A stretch of 64,000 nucleotides of DNA, taken from Woeseiaceae bacterium. Lineage in GTDB: Bacteria; Pseudomonadota; Gammaproteobacteria; Steroidobacterales; Woeseiaceae. Made by a program: the position numbers and the translations under genes. Shown piece after piece: positions 18,429 through 27,213 of this stretch; positions within the stretch are counted from its first letter, which is position 1; each line of letters begins with the position of its first letter. A model generated the notes under the pieces. That model had not been told where the DNA came from. It saw nothing but the letters and a program-made list of their open reading frames with translations, and did no database searches. The DNA lies in NCBI GenBank assembly GCA_021773095.1, contig JAJFKR010000028.1:28905-92904 (forward strand). The letters are read 5' to 3'.

Positions 18429-19616
18429 ATGAAGTATCTCTTGCTTGTTATGCAATCGGTTGTTCTTGTTCTTGTTCTCGTAACGCCATCCGAATTGGTA
18501 GCCCAGGATACAAGCTATCTCGATCCTCCCCAAATCGTTTCGAACCCGGCGTCACTATCGGCCTATGCGGCAACGAACAGACAGTTTACCGGTATCCCAA
18601 GCCTGGCGATTAGCCAAACCGGCAGGATGTGGGCTACCTGGTATGCAGGAATAACACCGGAGGAGGATCCAAATAATTATGTCGTCGTTGCGACGAGTGG
18701 TGATAACGGCGCGAACTGGGAGGAAGTGCTGGTCATTGATCCCGATGGTTCAGGGCCGGCAAGGTCATATGATCCTGAAGTCTGGATTGACCCTAATGGA
18801 ATGCTTTGGGTGTTTTGGGCACAGGCAAGCCCCACCGGTAAGACATGGGGTTTAATCACCGAGGGAACACGTGCCGGCGTCTGGGCCATCACAAAGGACA
18901 ATCCGGACAGTAATGAGGAAGAATGGTCAAAACCGAGACGCCTTATCGACGGTGTCATGATGTGCAAACCGACGGTGTCATCCACGGGCGAGTGGTATTT
19001 GCCTGCTTCACTGTGGAAGCTATCGGATGGAAGTGCGCAGATAGTTGTTTCAGGTGATGATGGAAAAACATGGCGTAAGAGGGGGGCTGTTGATGTGCCC
19101 GTGGATGTTCGTTCATATGACGAAAATATTATTGTCGAGAAAATGGATAAATCCTTATGGATGTTACTCCGCACTCAGTATGGAATCGGTGAGAGTGTTT
19201 CAACTGACAACGGCGTTTCCTGGAGCGTACTCACTCCCTCAAGAATCAAACACCCAAGCGCCCGTTTTTTTATAAGACGACTTAACTCCGGTAACTTGCT
19301 GCTTGTAAAGCACGGGGTCATTGAAGAGCAGACCGATCGTTCCCAATTGATGGCTTTTGTATCAGAAGATGACGGCGAATCCTGGTCAAAGGGATTAATG
19401 CTCGACGAGCGAGTGGGCGTGTCGTATCCGGACGGCCAACAAGAAGAAAACGGCACCATAAACATCATTTACGATTACCAGAGAAGGGATGATCAAAACA
19501 TTCTTATCGCGAGTTTTAGAGAGGAAGATGTCATTTCAGGCAATTCAGAATCAGAAACGGTTATTCTTCGCAGACCAGTGAGCAAGGGTGGCACGCAAGG
19601 AATAAAAGATAAGTAG
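18429..19616 (+). CDS. BNR/Asp-box repeat glycoside hydrolase (sialidase-like beta-propeller)
   Basis: GAGGAA RBS and signal peptide MKYLLLVMQSVVLVLVLV. Four Asp-box motifs: SGDNGANW, SGDDGKTW, STDNGVSW, SEDDGESW. Confidence 0.8.
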   Translation: MKYLLLVMQSVVLVLVLVTPSELVAQDTSYLDPPQIVSNPASLSAYAATNRQFTGIPSLAISQTGRMWATWYAGITPEEDPNNYVVVATSGDNGANWEEVLVIDPDGSGPARSYDPEVWIDPNGMLWVFWAQASPTGKTWGLITEGTRAGVWAITKDNPDSNEEEWSKPRRLIDGVMMCKPTVSSTGEWYLPASLWKLSDGSAQIVVSGDDGKTWRKRGAVDVPVDVRSYDENIIVEKMDKSLWMLLRTQYGIGESVSTDNGVSWSVLTPSRIKHPSARFFIRRLNSGNLLLVKHGVIEEQTDRSQLMAFVSEDDGESWSKGLMLDERVGVSYPDGQQEENGTINIIYDYQRRDDQNILIASFREEDVISGNSESETVILRRPVSKGGTQGIKDK

Positions 19617-19620
19617 CAGG

Positions 19621-20457
19621 ATGAGCAGCGTGCGGCAACGGAGTTTTGTAGCCTGCGTCGCAGCCCTCTGGCTGGTTGCATCCACTGTGTTGCAAGCAGA
19701 TGGTGCGATACAAAAGACCTTGCCCCTCCCTGGTGAGGTCTTTGTCGTTGCAGGCCGAACAGCCTTCGTGATTCTTCCGGAAAATTCAGTCGAGAACCAC
19801 CCGATTCCCTGGGTCTGGTATGCACCAACACTCCAGGGTTTGCCGGGTGATGCGGAGAAATGGATGTTCAGGCGCTTCACCGAGGTCGGGATTGCCATTG
19901 CGGGTCTTGACGTCGGCGAATCCTATGGCAGCCCGGATGGGCAGGCTCTGTACACGGCATTCTACGAGTACTTAACCACCAGGCGCGGATTCGCTACAAA
20001 GCCCGTGCTGCTGGGGCGTAGTCGCGGTGGTCTGCTTACACTGTCGTGGGCGGCAGAGAACGCCGACAAGGTTGCCGGGTTCGCGGGTATTTATCCGGTT
20101 AGTAATCTTGCCAGCTACCCGGGTACGGTGAAGGCGAGCAGTGCTTATAACATGACGGCAGAAGAGCTTGCGACGCACCTGGCCGAGTACAATCCAATCG
20201 ATAAACTTGCCGCGCTGGCGGAAGCGGACGTTCCACTGTTCGCAATCCACGGTGATGCCGACACGGTGGTCCCGTTGGAGGCTAATTCCGAAGAAATGTA
20301 CAGACGCTATCTGGCGCTCTCAGGTCGCATGCAACTTATTGTCCCACCAGATCAGGGACACAATATGTGGCAAGGGTTTTTTCAAAGCCGGGAACTGGTG
20401 GACTTCGTTTTTAGCCGGCTTGAAAAAAGCGATCAGGAGCTTGCTAACGACAGGTAG
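19621..20457 (+). CDS. Secreted alpha/beta hydrolase (esterase/peptidase S9-like fold)
   Basis: Signal peptide, nucleophile elbow GRSRGG, HGDADTVVP and GHNMW motifs. Confidence 0.7.
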   Translation: MSSVRQRSFVACVAALWLVASTVLQADGAIQKTLPLPGEVFVVAGRTAFVILPENSVENHPIPWVWYAPTLQGLPGDAEKWMFRRFTEVGIAIAGLDVGESYGSPDGQALYTAFYEYLTTRRGFATKPVLLGRSRGGLLTLSWAAENADKVAGFAGIYPVSNLASYPGTVKASSAYNMTAEELATHLAEYNPIDKLAALAEADVPLFAIHGDADTVVPLEANSEEMYRRYLALSGRMQLIVPPDQGHNMWQGFFQSRELVDFVFSRLEKSDQELANDR

Positions 20458-21482
20458 TTCCCGACGCCGATGGCTATCGTTGAAGCAACCAACGTACCGA
20501 TGCCTATCCATACAAGCATTCGAGTGCGTTTACTGGCCCCCATCCATTCACGCAGCAGGAAACCCCAAAGCGTCGAAAAGAGGATGATACTTGCCATGTG
20601 CAGGGTCCAGGAGGAGAACCCAAAGCGCCCCATCTGGCTCTCGCCCATCGTGTAGAAGAAAAACTGCAGATACCAAAGGGTTCCGCCCAGCGCCGCCAGA
20701 AAATAACTCTTGAGCAAAGAAGTCGATGTACCGGCTGTCTCGGCAGTTGGGCTGAGCTGACCCAGGAATTCTCGAGCTGTGCGATTGCGCCAAATGAGAA
20801 AGGAGCACCAGACAAGATTTGTCGTCAGGCCGCCCAGCAAGACGACACACAGTACGGGCAGACCCTGCCAAAGGGGATCGGTACCGGCGGCGATTGTTGC
20901 TTCCCGAATCGGTCCACCAGCGTCCAGGCCCCATGCAAAGCAGCCCGACATTACTCCCGAAAAGACAGCGATGAGTAATCCCCGCCTAAGATTAAACTCT
21001 GCGACACCGGTTTTTACTGCAGCGGACCCCAGTTCACTTTCCTTGTTGTGGCCGGCGCGAGCTACCACTATTACACCGACAAGCGCAATTGCGATCCCGA
21101 CGAATGTAATTTGTCCACTGGACTGAGAGGCCAGCGCGATAATCGTGCCGTGATAAATGGGTGGACCCAACGTACCGATCACCGTGGTTATGCCAAGCGC
21201 CACCGCCATGCCGAGCGACAGTCCGAGGTAGCGCAAGGTCAGGCCGAACGTTAGTCCGCCAAAGCCCCACATAGCGCCCCAGAACAACGTAACTGCTGGC
21301 GTGTTACCGAGCACACTGAGGAGCTCCTCGGTTCGTAGCCACGCGACCAGCCAGGGTACGATTAACCACGAAAACAAGCCACCCGTGATCCAGATGATTT
21401 CCCATGACCAACGGCGGACCTGTATGCCGTCAGCGCCTATCCCAGAAGGGCATGACCCGGTGGCAGCTTGTGTGTCACCCAC
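20433..21482 (-). CDS. RhaT-family sugar:H+ symporter (L-rhamnose-proton symporter-like); 5' end uncertain or possibly disrupted
   Basis: VRRWSWEIIWITGGLFSWLIVPWL and FWGAMWGFGGLTFGLTLRYLGLSLGMAVALGITTVIGTLGPPI are colinear with E. coli RhaT. The first ~115 aa of the 462-aa ORF are Arg-rich and non-membrane. GTG 21482 gives a RhaT-like length (349 aa) but no hydrophobic TM1. Confidence 0.65.
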   Translation of the reverse strand: MGDTQAATGSCPSGIGADGIQVRRWSWEIIWITGGLFSWLIVPWLVAWLRTEELLSVLGNTPAVTLFWGAMWGFGGLTFGLTLRYLGLSLGMAVALGITTVIGTLGPPIYHGTIIALASQSSGQITFVGIAIALVGVIVVARAGHNKESELGSAAVKTGVAEFNLRRGLLIAVFSGVMSGCFAWGLDAGGPIREATIAAGTDPLWQGLPVLCVVLLGGLTTNLVWCSFLIWRNRTAREFLGQLSPTAETAGTSTSLLKSYFLAALGGTLWYLQFFFYTMGESQMGRFGFSSWTLHMASIILFSTLWGFLLREWMGASKRTRMLVWIGIGTLVASTIAIGVGNYLSLASS

Positions 21483-21709
21483 ATCGCAAGACGATGTTTG
21501 ATTTTCGGTAAGGTTTCCTGGCCTTTGGGCAATGGGCTGATCGCCTTGTCGTGAACCAGCAGGCGGTAGGCGTACTGGATTTTGAGATCGTGAGAGTCTG
21601 TCGCGTCGAACTCCACCACGCCGCGCTGCACCGCATCGTCGAGCACCATCGCCAGTGCTTCTTTGAGTAATTCTTTTTCGTGTTTGAGTTTCTTCGCCAT
21701 GGGTATCAA
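21437..21709 (-). CDS. Small hypothetical protein (90 aa) overlapping the 5' extension of the RhaT ORF in another frame
   Basis: MAKKLKHEKELLKEALAMVLDDAVQRGVVEFDATDSHDLKIQYAYRLLV has protein-like composition. The overlapping RhaT-frame translation is low-complexity and Arg/Ser-rich. I recognised no family. Confidence 0.4.
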   Translation of the reverse strand: MIPMAKKLKHEKELLKEALAMVLDDAVQRGVVEFDATDSHDLKIQYAYRLLVHDKAISPLPKGQETLPKIKHRLAMWVTHKLPPGHALLG

Positions 21710-21805
21710 GTGTGTCCCTTAGCTTGACCAAGATCAAATTCAATACACGCCCTGCTCGCGAGAAGTACTCGGTTATTAGCGGAAACCCGTTTATAGTGCA
21801 GTCGC

Positions 21806-23992
21806 ATGAAGACCTTCGCAAAATTCCGACTACTTGTGCTGTTGCTCAGCACCCTGGTTGTCCCGGCCGCTTACGCTCAGGACAACCCGGAAAACGCCGT
21901 TCCGGAAGCGCTGGACCTGACGTCGCTTGAAACCACCTGGTGGTCTCGATTCGAGAAACCTGGCGATGATATGAATTTGCGGGTCGATGCATTTCTTGCC
22001 GATGTCGGCATACAAATTGCGACGCTTGAAACACCGAACCAGGCGACCGGGCAGTCTTTGCTGACGGCCGTTAGCGATAATCTCAGCGCATACATTGCTT
22101 TGCTGGAAGGACCGGATCTGACGCCACAGCAGTTAGCTGAGCCCGCTGTCAATTATTCGATCGATGAACTGCTGAGTCTCGCAACCGAGTCGCGGCGTGC
22201 GGCGGCCAATGCCGCGTCGGAACAGCTTGAGGTCGAGCGTGAGCAGCGCATCCTGGACGGCGCCAGCAGACGTCGAGACCTGGCGTTCAAAGACTATGTG
22301 GGTGCGGCAGCCGGTGATGAGCGACTGCTCGCTGCGCTTGATCTCTTGCAGGCCCGCTCAGCACAAGCCATAGCGGATCGGCGGTTGCAACTGCTGACAC
22401 AACGCTATGAACAGCTCGAAAGTTTTGCCGAGGCCATGGCTGCACGCGTCGAATTTGCCGCCGAGCGGCTTGCGACCACACCGGAGGAGGCCAGGCTCTT
22501 CGATCTGATCGAACAGGGCCGTGAACAAGAGGGCGTAGTCGCCAAAAGTCTGGAGCAGCTTCGTGCCGCGGAGCTGGCGGCTACCGGGCTGGACCTGGAA
22601 ACGGCACAAGGTCGGTCACAACAACAACTGCAACAGCAGAAGCTGGTTGATTCGGAGGTCTCACTGGCACTGGCCGAGGTCGCGCTGGCTGAAGTGCAGG
22701 CGCGACGCTGGTGGACCGAGCTACAGCTGGCAACCTTGCCCGATATGGATGTTTTGCAAGAGCAGGCGCTGGCATGGTCGGAGCTCTTGCGACGGATTGA
22801 TCAAAGCGCAGCGGCCTGGCAACGGGATACGGAAGATGAATTTCTTGCCGTACAGACGGTTGACCGTGAGGATCTGAACCGCGCGTCGCGTCGCTTGCTG
22901 GACCAGCGGCTGGGAACCGCACAGGGCACATTAAACCGAATCGGGAGCTTGAGCGCCGCCGTTGCGGATCTGGAACTGATCAGCCAGGCGGTGGACCTCG
23001 CGGTAGAGGAATATTCGGGAGCATTCCGGTCCTGGGTTACCGAAGCGAGCAGAGATCTGAAGGCATTGTCATTACGCGTGGTCGGCCTTGGCGATGTGAC
23101 CTTGTTCTCCGTCGGACAAACACCGGTTACGGGCGGTGACATCCTCCGAGTCCTGATTATCCTTATTGTCGCATTCCTGCTTTCTCGTGGTATTCGCCAT
23201 GCAATAGGCCGGGTCAGCGACAGGGAGTCGGCCGGAACGCAAGCATCACTGTACACGGTGGGGCGCCTGACCCATTACACGATCATCATGTTTGCAGTGC
23301 TGATTGCTCTGTCGACGATCGGACTCGACTTCGGCAAGCTCGCGTTGATCGCCGGCGCGCTCAGTGTTGGCATCGGTTTTGGCCTGCAGGCTATTGTCAG
23401 TAATTTCGTTTCGGGTTTGATCATACTGTTCGAACACTCCTTGCGTGTTGGTGACTACATTGAGCTCGATACTGGCCTCACTGGCACGGTCAAGTCGATC
23501 AATGTTCGCAGCACCCTCATCAACACCAACGATAATATCGACATCGTCGTTCCGAATTCCGAATTCGTCACGACGCGCCTCACTAACTGGACGCTGGCTG
23601 AGCGAATTCTGCGCGTTCGTATTCCGTTCGGTGTGGCCTATGGCAGTGACAAGGAGCTGGTGCGAAAAGCGGCTCAGGAAGCGGCCGCAGAAGTCTCCTA
23701 CACGCTGACGAATATGAAGGGACGCGACCCCGAGGTCTGGCTCGTCGATTTTGGTGAAAGCAGCCTCGATTTCCTGTTGCTGGTCTGGGTGAATCGGCAG
23801 GGAGCACGACGACCTACCCGGACTCGCGCTGCTTACCTCTGGGAACTCGAAAGCAAGCTGACCGAATACGGAATCGAGATTCCGTTCCCGCAACGCGATC
23901 TTAATTTGCGGGGCGGATGGCCGGTCTCGAAACGTGAGCTACAGAAGCCAGAGAAGCTAACCGAAGACGAAGAACAGGACGCGAACGACTAG
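21806..23992 (+). CDS. Mechanosensitive ion channel, MscK/KefA-like (MscS family with a long periplasmic coiled N-domain)
   Basis: Signal peptide, long Ala/Leu/Gln-rich helical region, then the MscS core GALSVGIGFGLQAIVSNFVSGLIILFEHSLRVGDYIE..GTVKSINVRSTLINTNDNIDIVVPNSEF. Confidence 0.85.
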   Translation: MKTFAKFRLLVLLLSTLVVPAAYAQDNPENAVPEALDLTSLETTWWSRFEKPGDDMNLRVDAFLADVGIQIATLETPNQATGQSLLTAVSDNLSAYIALLEGPDLTPQQLAEPAVNYSIDELLSLATESRRAAANAASEQLEVEREQRILDGASRRRDLAFKDYVGAAAGDERLLAALDLLQARSAQAIADRRLQLLTQRYEQLESFAEAMAARVEFAAERLATTPEEARLFDLIEQGREQEGVVAKSLEQLRAAELAATGLDLETAQGRSQQQLQQQKLVDSEVSLALAEVALAEVQARRWWTELQLATLPDMDVLQEQALAWSELLRRIDQSAAAWQRDTEDEFLAVQTVDREDLNRASRRLLDQRLGTAQGTLNRIGSLSAAVADLELISQAVDLAVEEYSGAFRSWVTEASRDLKALSLRVVGLGDVTLFSVGQTPVTGGDILRVLIILIVAFLLSRGIRHAIGRVSDRESAGTQASLYTVGRLTHYTIIMFAVLIALSTIGLDFGKLALIAGALSVGIGFGLQAIVSNFVSGLIILFEHSLRVGDYIELDTGLTGTVKSINVRSTLINTNDNIDIVVPNSEFVTTRLTNWTLAERILRVRIPFGVAYGSDKELVRKAAQEAAAEVSYTLTNMKGRDPEVWLVDFGESSLDFLLLVWVNRQGARRPTRTRAAYLWELESKLTEYGIEIPFPQRDLNLRGGWPVSKRELQKPEKLTEDEEQDAND

Positions 23993-24456
23993 AGGTCTTG
24001 CTGCGCATCGTGTTTAAGGCGCATGACGCGACCGCGACTTACATAGAGTAAGTCACTGATTTTGAGTACCAATGCATCCTCATACTTGTCGAGTCGACCG
24101 TCCGCATAGGCAACTTGCCAGAGCAGGGAGACGATTTGTGCTTTTTCGCTTTCATCGAGGTGCTTGTGCAGAAGTTGCGTGAATTCGTACAGGGATACCA
24201 TGTCATCGGCTTTTTCTCCGGCGGCATTGACGAGTGCTGCGGACTGCTCGGGCGTTAGTGCGAAATGCGACTCGATGAGCTGCAGCATCGAATCGAATTC
24301 ACTTTCGTCAAATACGCGATCTGCACGTGCGACGTCGATCATCAGCACGGCTGTCGCGAGGCGCAATGCGGTATCGCGATCTGTGCTGTCCGCCTCCGGG
24401 GCGTCTTCCACCGAGATCGATTCAACCAGCTGAACGAAAAGTCGTCTGATCATCAA
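23989..24456 (-). CDS. TerB-family (tellurite-resistance TerB-like) protein
   Basis: ALRLATAVLMIDVARADRVFDESEF...SLLWQVAYADGRLDKYEDALVLKISDLLYV is typical of the TerB/DjlA N-terminal-like fold. Confidence 0.7.
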   Translation of the reverse strand: MMIRRLFVQLVESISVEDAPEADSTDRDTALRLATAVLMIDVARADRVFDESEFDSMLQLIESHFALTPEQSAALVNAAGEKADDMVSLYEFTQLLHKHLDESEKAQIVSLLWQVAYADGRLDKYEDALVLKISDLLYVSRGRVMRLKHDAQQDL

Positions 24457-24568
24457 ATACCCACAATTTAGTAACGGATGAGAAGCCTATGATTAAGTGC
24501 GCATCGATAAGTTTCAAGCATCGTGTAATATCCCCAATCGACCAACAAGCCTGAGAACCTTAATCATC

Positions 24569-25561
24569 ATGCAATACACAGCAATCAAACTCATAAAGCG
24601 GCCCGGCCTGCAGATCACACCGGACATTTTTGAAACCGTGACACTTGCAACTCCCGAACTCGAAGATCAGCAAATGCTGCTGAAGCAGACGCACATGTCG
24701 CTGGACCCGGCCATGAAGGGCTGGATGTCCGAAGACCGGAATAGCTACATCCCGCCGGTGGAGTTGGGCGAAGTGATGCGCTCAAGTGGCGTTGCCGAAG
24801 TGATTGAGTCGAAAAACGAGCAATTTCCCGTCGGCTGCCGCGTTGTGGGCATGATCGGCTGGACCGAGTATGCGGTTAGCACGGGCCAGGGTCTGCAAAT
24901 CCTGCCGCCGGATGTACCCGCCGAAGCGGTGTTGTGTGTACTGTCATTGCCCGGACTGACGGCTTACCAGGGGTTGATGGAGATCGGTAAGGCGGCCGCA
25001 GGCGAGACACTGGTCGTGTCCGGTGCCGCCGGTTCGGTCGGTGCGATGGTTGGGCAGATCGCAAAGGCGGAAGGTTTGCACGTCGTCGGCACGGCGGGCA
25101 GCGATGAAAAGTGCCGCTGGCTGGTCGAAGAACTCGGATTCGACAGCGCAATCAATTACAAGTCGGATGATCTCTACAAGCAACTGGCCGAAGCGACACC
25201 GGACGGTGTCGATCTGTACTTCGAAAATACCGGTGGTCCGGTACAACACATCGTTTACGGCCGCATGAATGCGCACGGTCGGATCGTCGTTTGCGGCATG
25301 ATCGCCGACTACAATACTGACAAACCGTCGCCCGGCCCGAACTGGATCAATATGATCAGGCGCCGCCTGACTATTCAGGGTTTTGCGATGCCGGATCATT
25401 GGGACAACGTGCCGGCAATGACGGAAAAACTATCGGCTTACCTGATGGGCGGCCAAATCAAATATCGGGCGCATAAACTGGATGGCCTGGAAAGCGCCAT
25501 TGAGGGTATCAACCTGCTGTTCACGGGCGGCAATACAGGCAAACTGATGGTTGAACTCTGA
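24569..25561 (+). CDS. NADP-dependent oxidoreductase, medium-chain dehydrogenase/reductase superfamily (YncB/CurA-like enone reductase)
   Basis: Cofactor motif GETLVVSGAAGSVGAMVGQIAKAEG and C-terminal FTGGNTGKLMVEL. Start MQYTAIKL (ATG 24569) lies within the longer ORF. Confidence 0.8.
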   Translation: MQYTAIKLIKRPGLQITPDIFETVTLATPELEDQQMLLKQTHMSLDPAMKGWMSEDRNSYIPPVELGEVMRSSGVAEVIESKNEQFPVGCRVVGMIGWTEYAVSTGQGLQILPPDVPAEAVLCVLSLPGLTAYQGLMEIGKAAAGETLVVSGAAGSVGAMVGQIAKAEGLHVVGTAGSDEKCRWLVEELGFDSAINYKSDDLYKQLAEATPDGVDLYFENTGGPVQHIVYGRMNAHGRIVVCGMIADYNTDKPSPGPNWINMIRRRLTIQGFAMPDHWDNVPAMTEKLSAYLMGGQIKYRAHKLDGLESAIEGINLLFTGGNTGKLMVEL

Positions 25562-25606
25562 GTGTGCTGATCGACACAAAGCTTACAAAGAAGCATAAAT
25601 AACGAC

Positions 25607-27163
25607 ATGAGCCTAATGACGAACGATTTGCATGCATGGGGTTGGACGTTTCTTCTGATGTATGTCGGCATAATGATCGGTGCCGGAATCATCGGGATGA
25701 AACGTGTCCGGAGCAGCGACGATTTCGCAACTGCCCGGGGAGGCTATGGGCCATGGTTCCTGTCATTTGCCCTTGTTGCAACGACGGCAAGTGGTGCGAC
25801 GTTCCTGGGAATTCCTGGCATCGCTTATAGTGATGGGTTGGCCGGGCTCTGGTATGCATTCATATACCCGTTCGGCGTTTACACCGGAATCGTCATCTGT
25901 GCCAAAATTGTGAGCCGCGCGGGCGACACATTCGGATCGCGTTCGATTCCGGAGTACCTGGGTGACCGTTATCAATCGGATTTCCTGAGAGTCGCTGCGG
26001 CGCTCTACTCTCTATTGTTGCTTTTCTATCTGGCGGCACAGCTACTGGCTGGCGGCGTCATGTTTCAGCAGATACTCGGAGTACCTGAACTGCCGGCTCT
26101 GGTCATCACATCCGGTATTTTGATTTTGTACATCGCACTTGGCGGTGCGCACGCCGATATCCTTACCGATGGTGTTCAGGGTGCGTTGATGCTCGCGATC
26201 ACGTTCGTTGTGATCGGCCTGTTCCTGACGGGGTTCGGTGTCGAGGGAGGGGTCGGCGGCGTAGTCAGTCGAATCCGTGAACTCGATCCCGATAACGTGA
26301 GGCTGTTCAATCCAAGCAGCATTGTGGTTGGTAGTTGGTGGGCGGTTTTTTCGATCTGGTTCGCCCATATTCCCCTTGGCATGCTGCCGCACATCGGCAA
26401 CAAGCTTTGGGCGCTGGACAGTCCGGCAAACCGCAGGAAGTTTCTTACTATTACCTTTGTTCTCGGTGTGATTATACCTGCATTGGCCTTCGGTGGATTA
26501 CTGGCTCGCGCGGTCCTTGGTGATGACCTGCTGGCACCGGGGCAAAACCCCAACAATGCCATTCCCGCACTATTCGTAGCATTGTTGCCGTCGTGGGTCG
26601 CGGCGCTCCTGGGTGCCGGTGTTCTCGCTGCGGTAATGTCAACAGCAGATGGTCTCGCGATATCTGCCTCACAAATATTTGCCAACGATATCTATCGTCG
26701 TACGCTGGCGAAAAACCGACCGGCAGCCGAGGTCGATCGCGTGTCTCTCGTGATCAGTCGCGTCGCTATCGCCGTAATTCTCATTGTCGCTGTGGCAATG
26801 GCCTGGGCTTTGCGTGAAACCAACATCGCCATCATCGTCTGGCTCGGCATTGGCGGGATGACAGCGGCCCTGACCGGACCCCTGGTGTTAGGGGCCATCT
26901 GGTCTGGCGTCACAAAGACCGCCGCCATAACCGGCTTTTTCGTCGGTGCAGCCGTTTTCGCTATGGCCTCTTTGCTGGCCACCCTAATCGCAAATGATCT
27001 TGCGCATTTCGGCGATTGGGGTGCTCAGCTTCTCAACCCTTTCATACGCGCCACAATCGGGGGGTTTGCGTCCGCAGCCGTTACCATTCTAGTATCCGCC
27101 GTTACCAAACCATTACCACGCGACCATATTGCACGAGCGTTCGGCCGTATCTCCGGACCTTAA
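25607..27163 (+). CDS. Sodium:solute symporter family transporter
   Basis: 518-aa polytopic protein with SSS-type segments (TTASGATFLGIPGIAY, YIALGGAHADILTDGVQG, AAVMSTADGLAIS). Confidence 0.75.
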   Translation: MSLMTNDLHAWGWTFLLMYVGIMIGAGIIGMKRVRSSDDFATARGGYGPWFLSFALVATTASGATFLGIPGIAYSDGLAGLWYAFIYPFGVYTGIVICAKIVSRAGDTFGSRSIPEYLGDRYQSDFLRVAAALYSLLLLFYLAAQLLAGGVMFQQILGVPELPALVITSGILILYIALGGAHADILTDGVQGALMLAITFVVIGLFLTGFGVEGGVGGVVSRIRELDPDNVRLFNPSSIVVGSWWAVFSIWFAHIPLGMLPHIGNKLWALDSPANRRKFLTITFVLGVIIPALAFGGLLARAVLGDDLLAPGQNPNNAIPALFVALLPSWVAALLGAGVLAAVMSTADGLAISASQIFANDIYRRTLAKNRPAAEVDRVSLVISRVAIAVILIVAVAMAWALRETNIAIIVWLGIGGMTAALTGPLVLGAIWSGVTKTAAITGFFVGAAVFAMASLLATLIANDLAHFGDWGAQLLNPFIRATIGGFASAAVTILVSAVTKPLPRDHIARAFGRISGP

Positions 27164-27164
27164 G

Positions 27165-27190
27165 CTATCGCGCGAAATGCGATAGTTTTC
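27165..27190 (+). terminator. Possible intrinsic terminator after the SSS transporter gene
   Basis: CTATCGC-GCGAAAT-GCGATAG stem-loop followed by TTTTC. Short stem and short U-tract. Confidence 0.4.
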
Positions 27191-27213
27191 ACGGCAAAAC
27201 ACGGAGTACATTT

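Noticed and set aside
20433-20457. 25-bp convergent overlap of the alpha/beta hydrolase and RhaT-family genes. Also the CTAG stop-stop overlaps at 23989-23992 and 50027-50030, and an 18-bp convergent overlap at 51875-51892
   Set aside because: These are real in the sequence, but tail-to-tail overlaps of this size are common in compact bacterial genomes. I could not find hairpins or other structure suggesting a special regulatory role.
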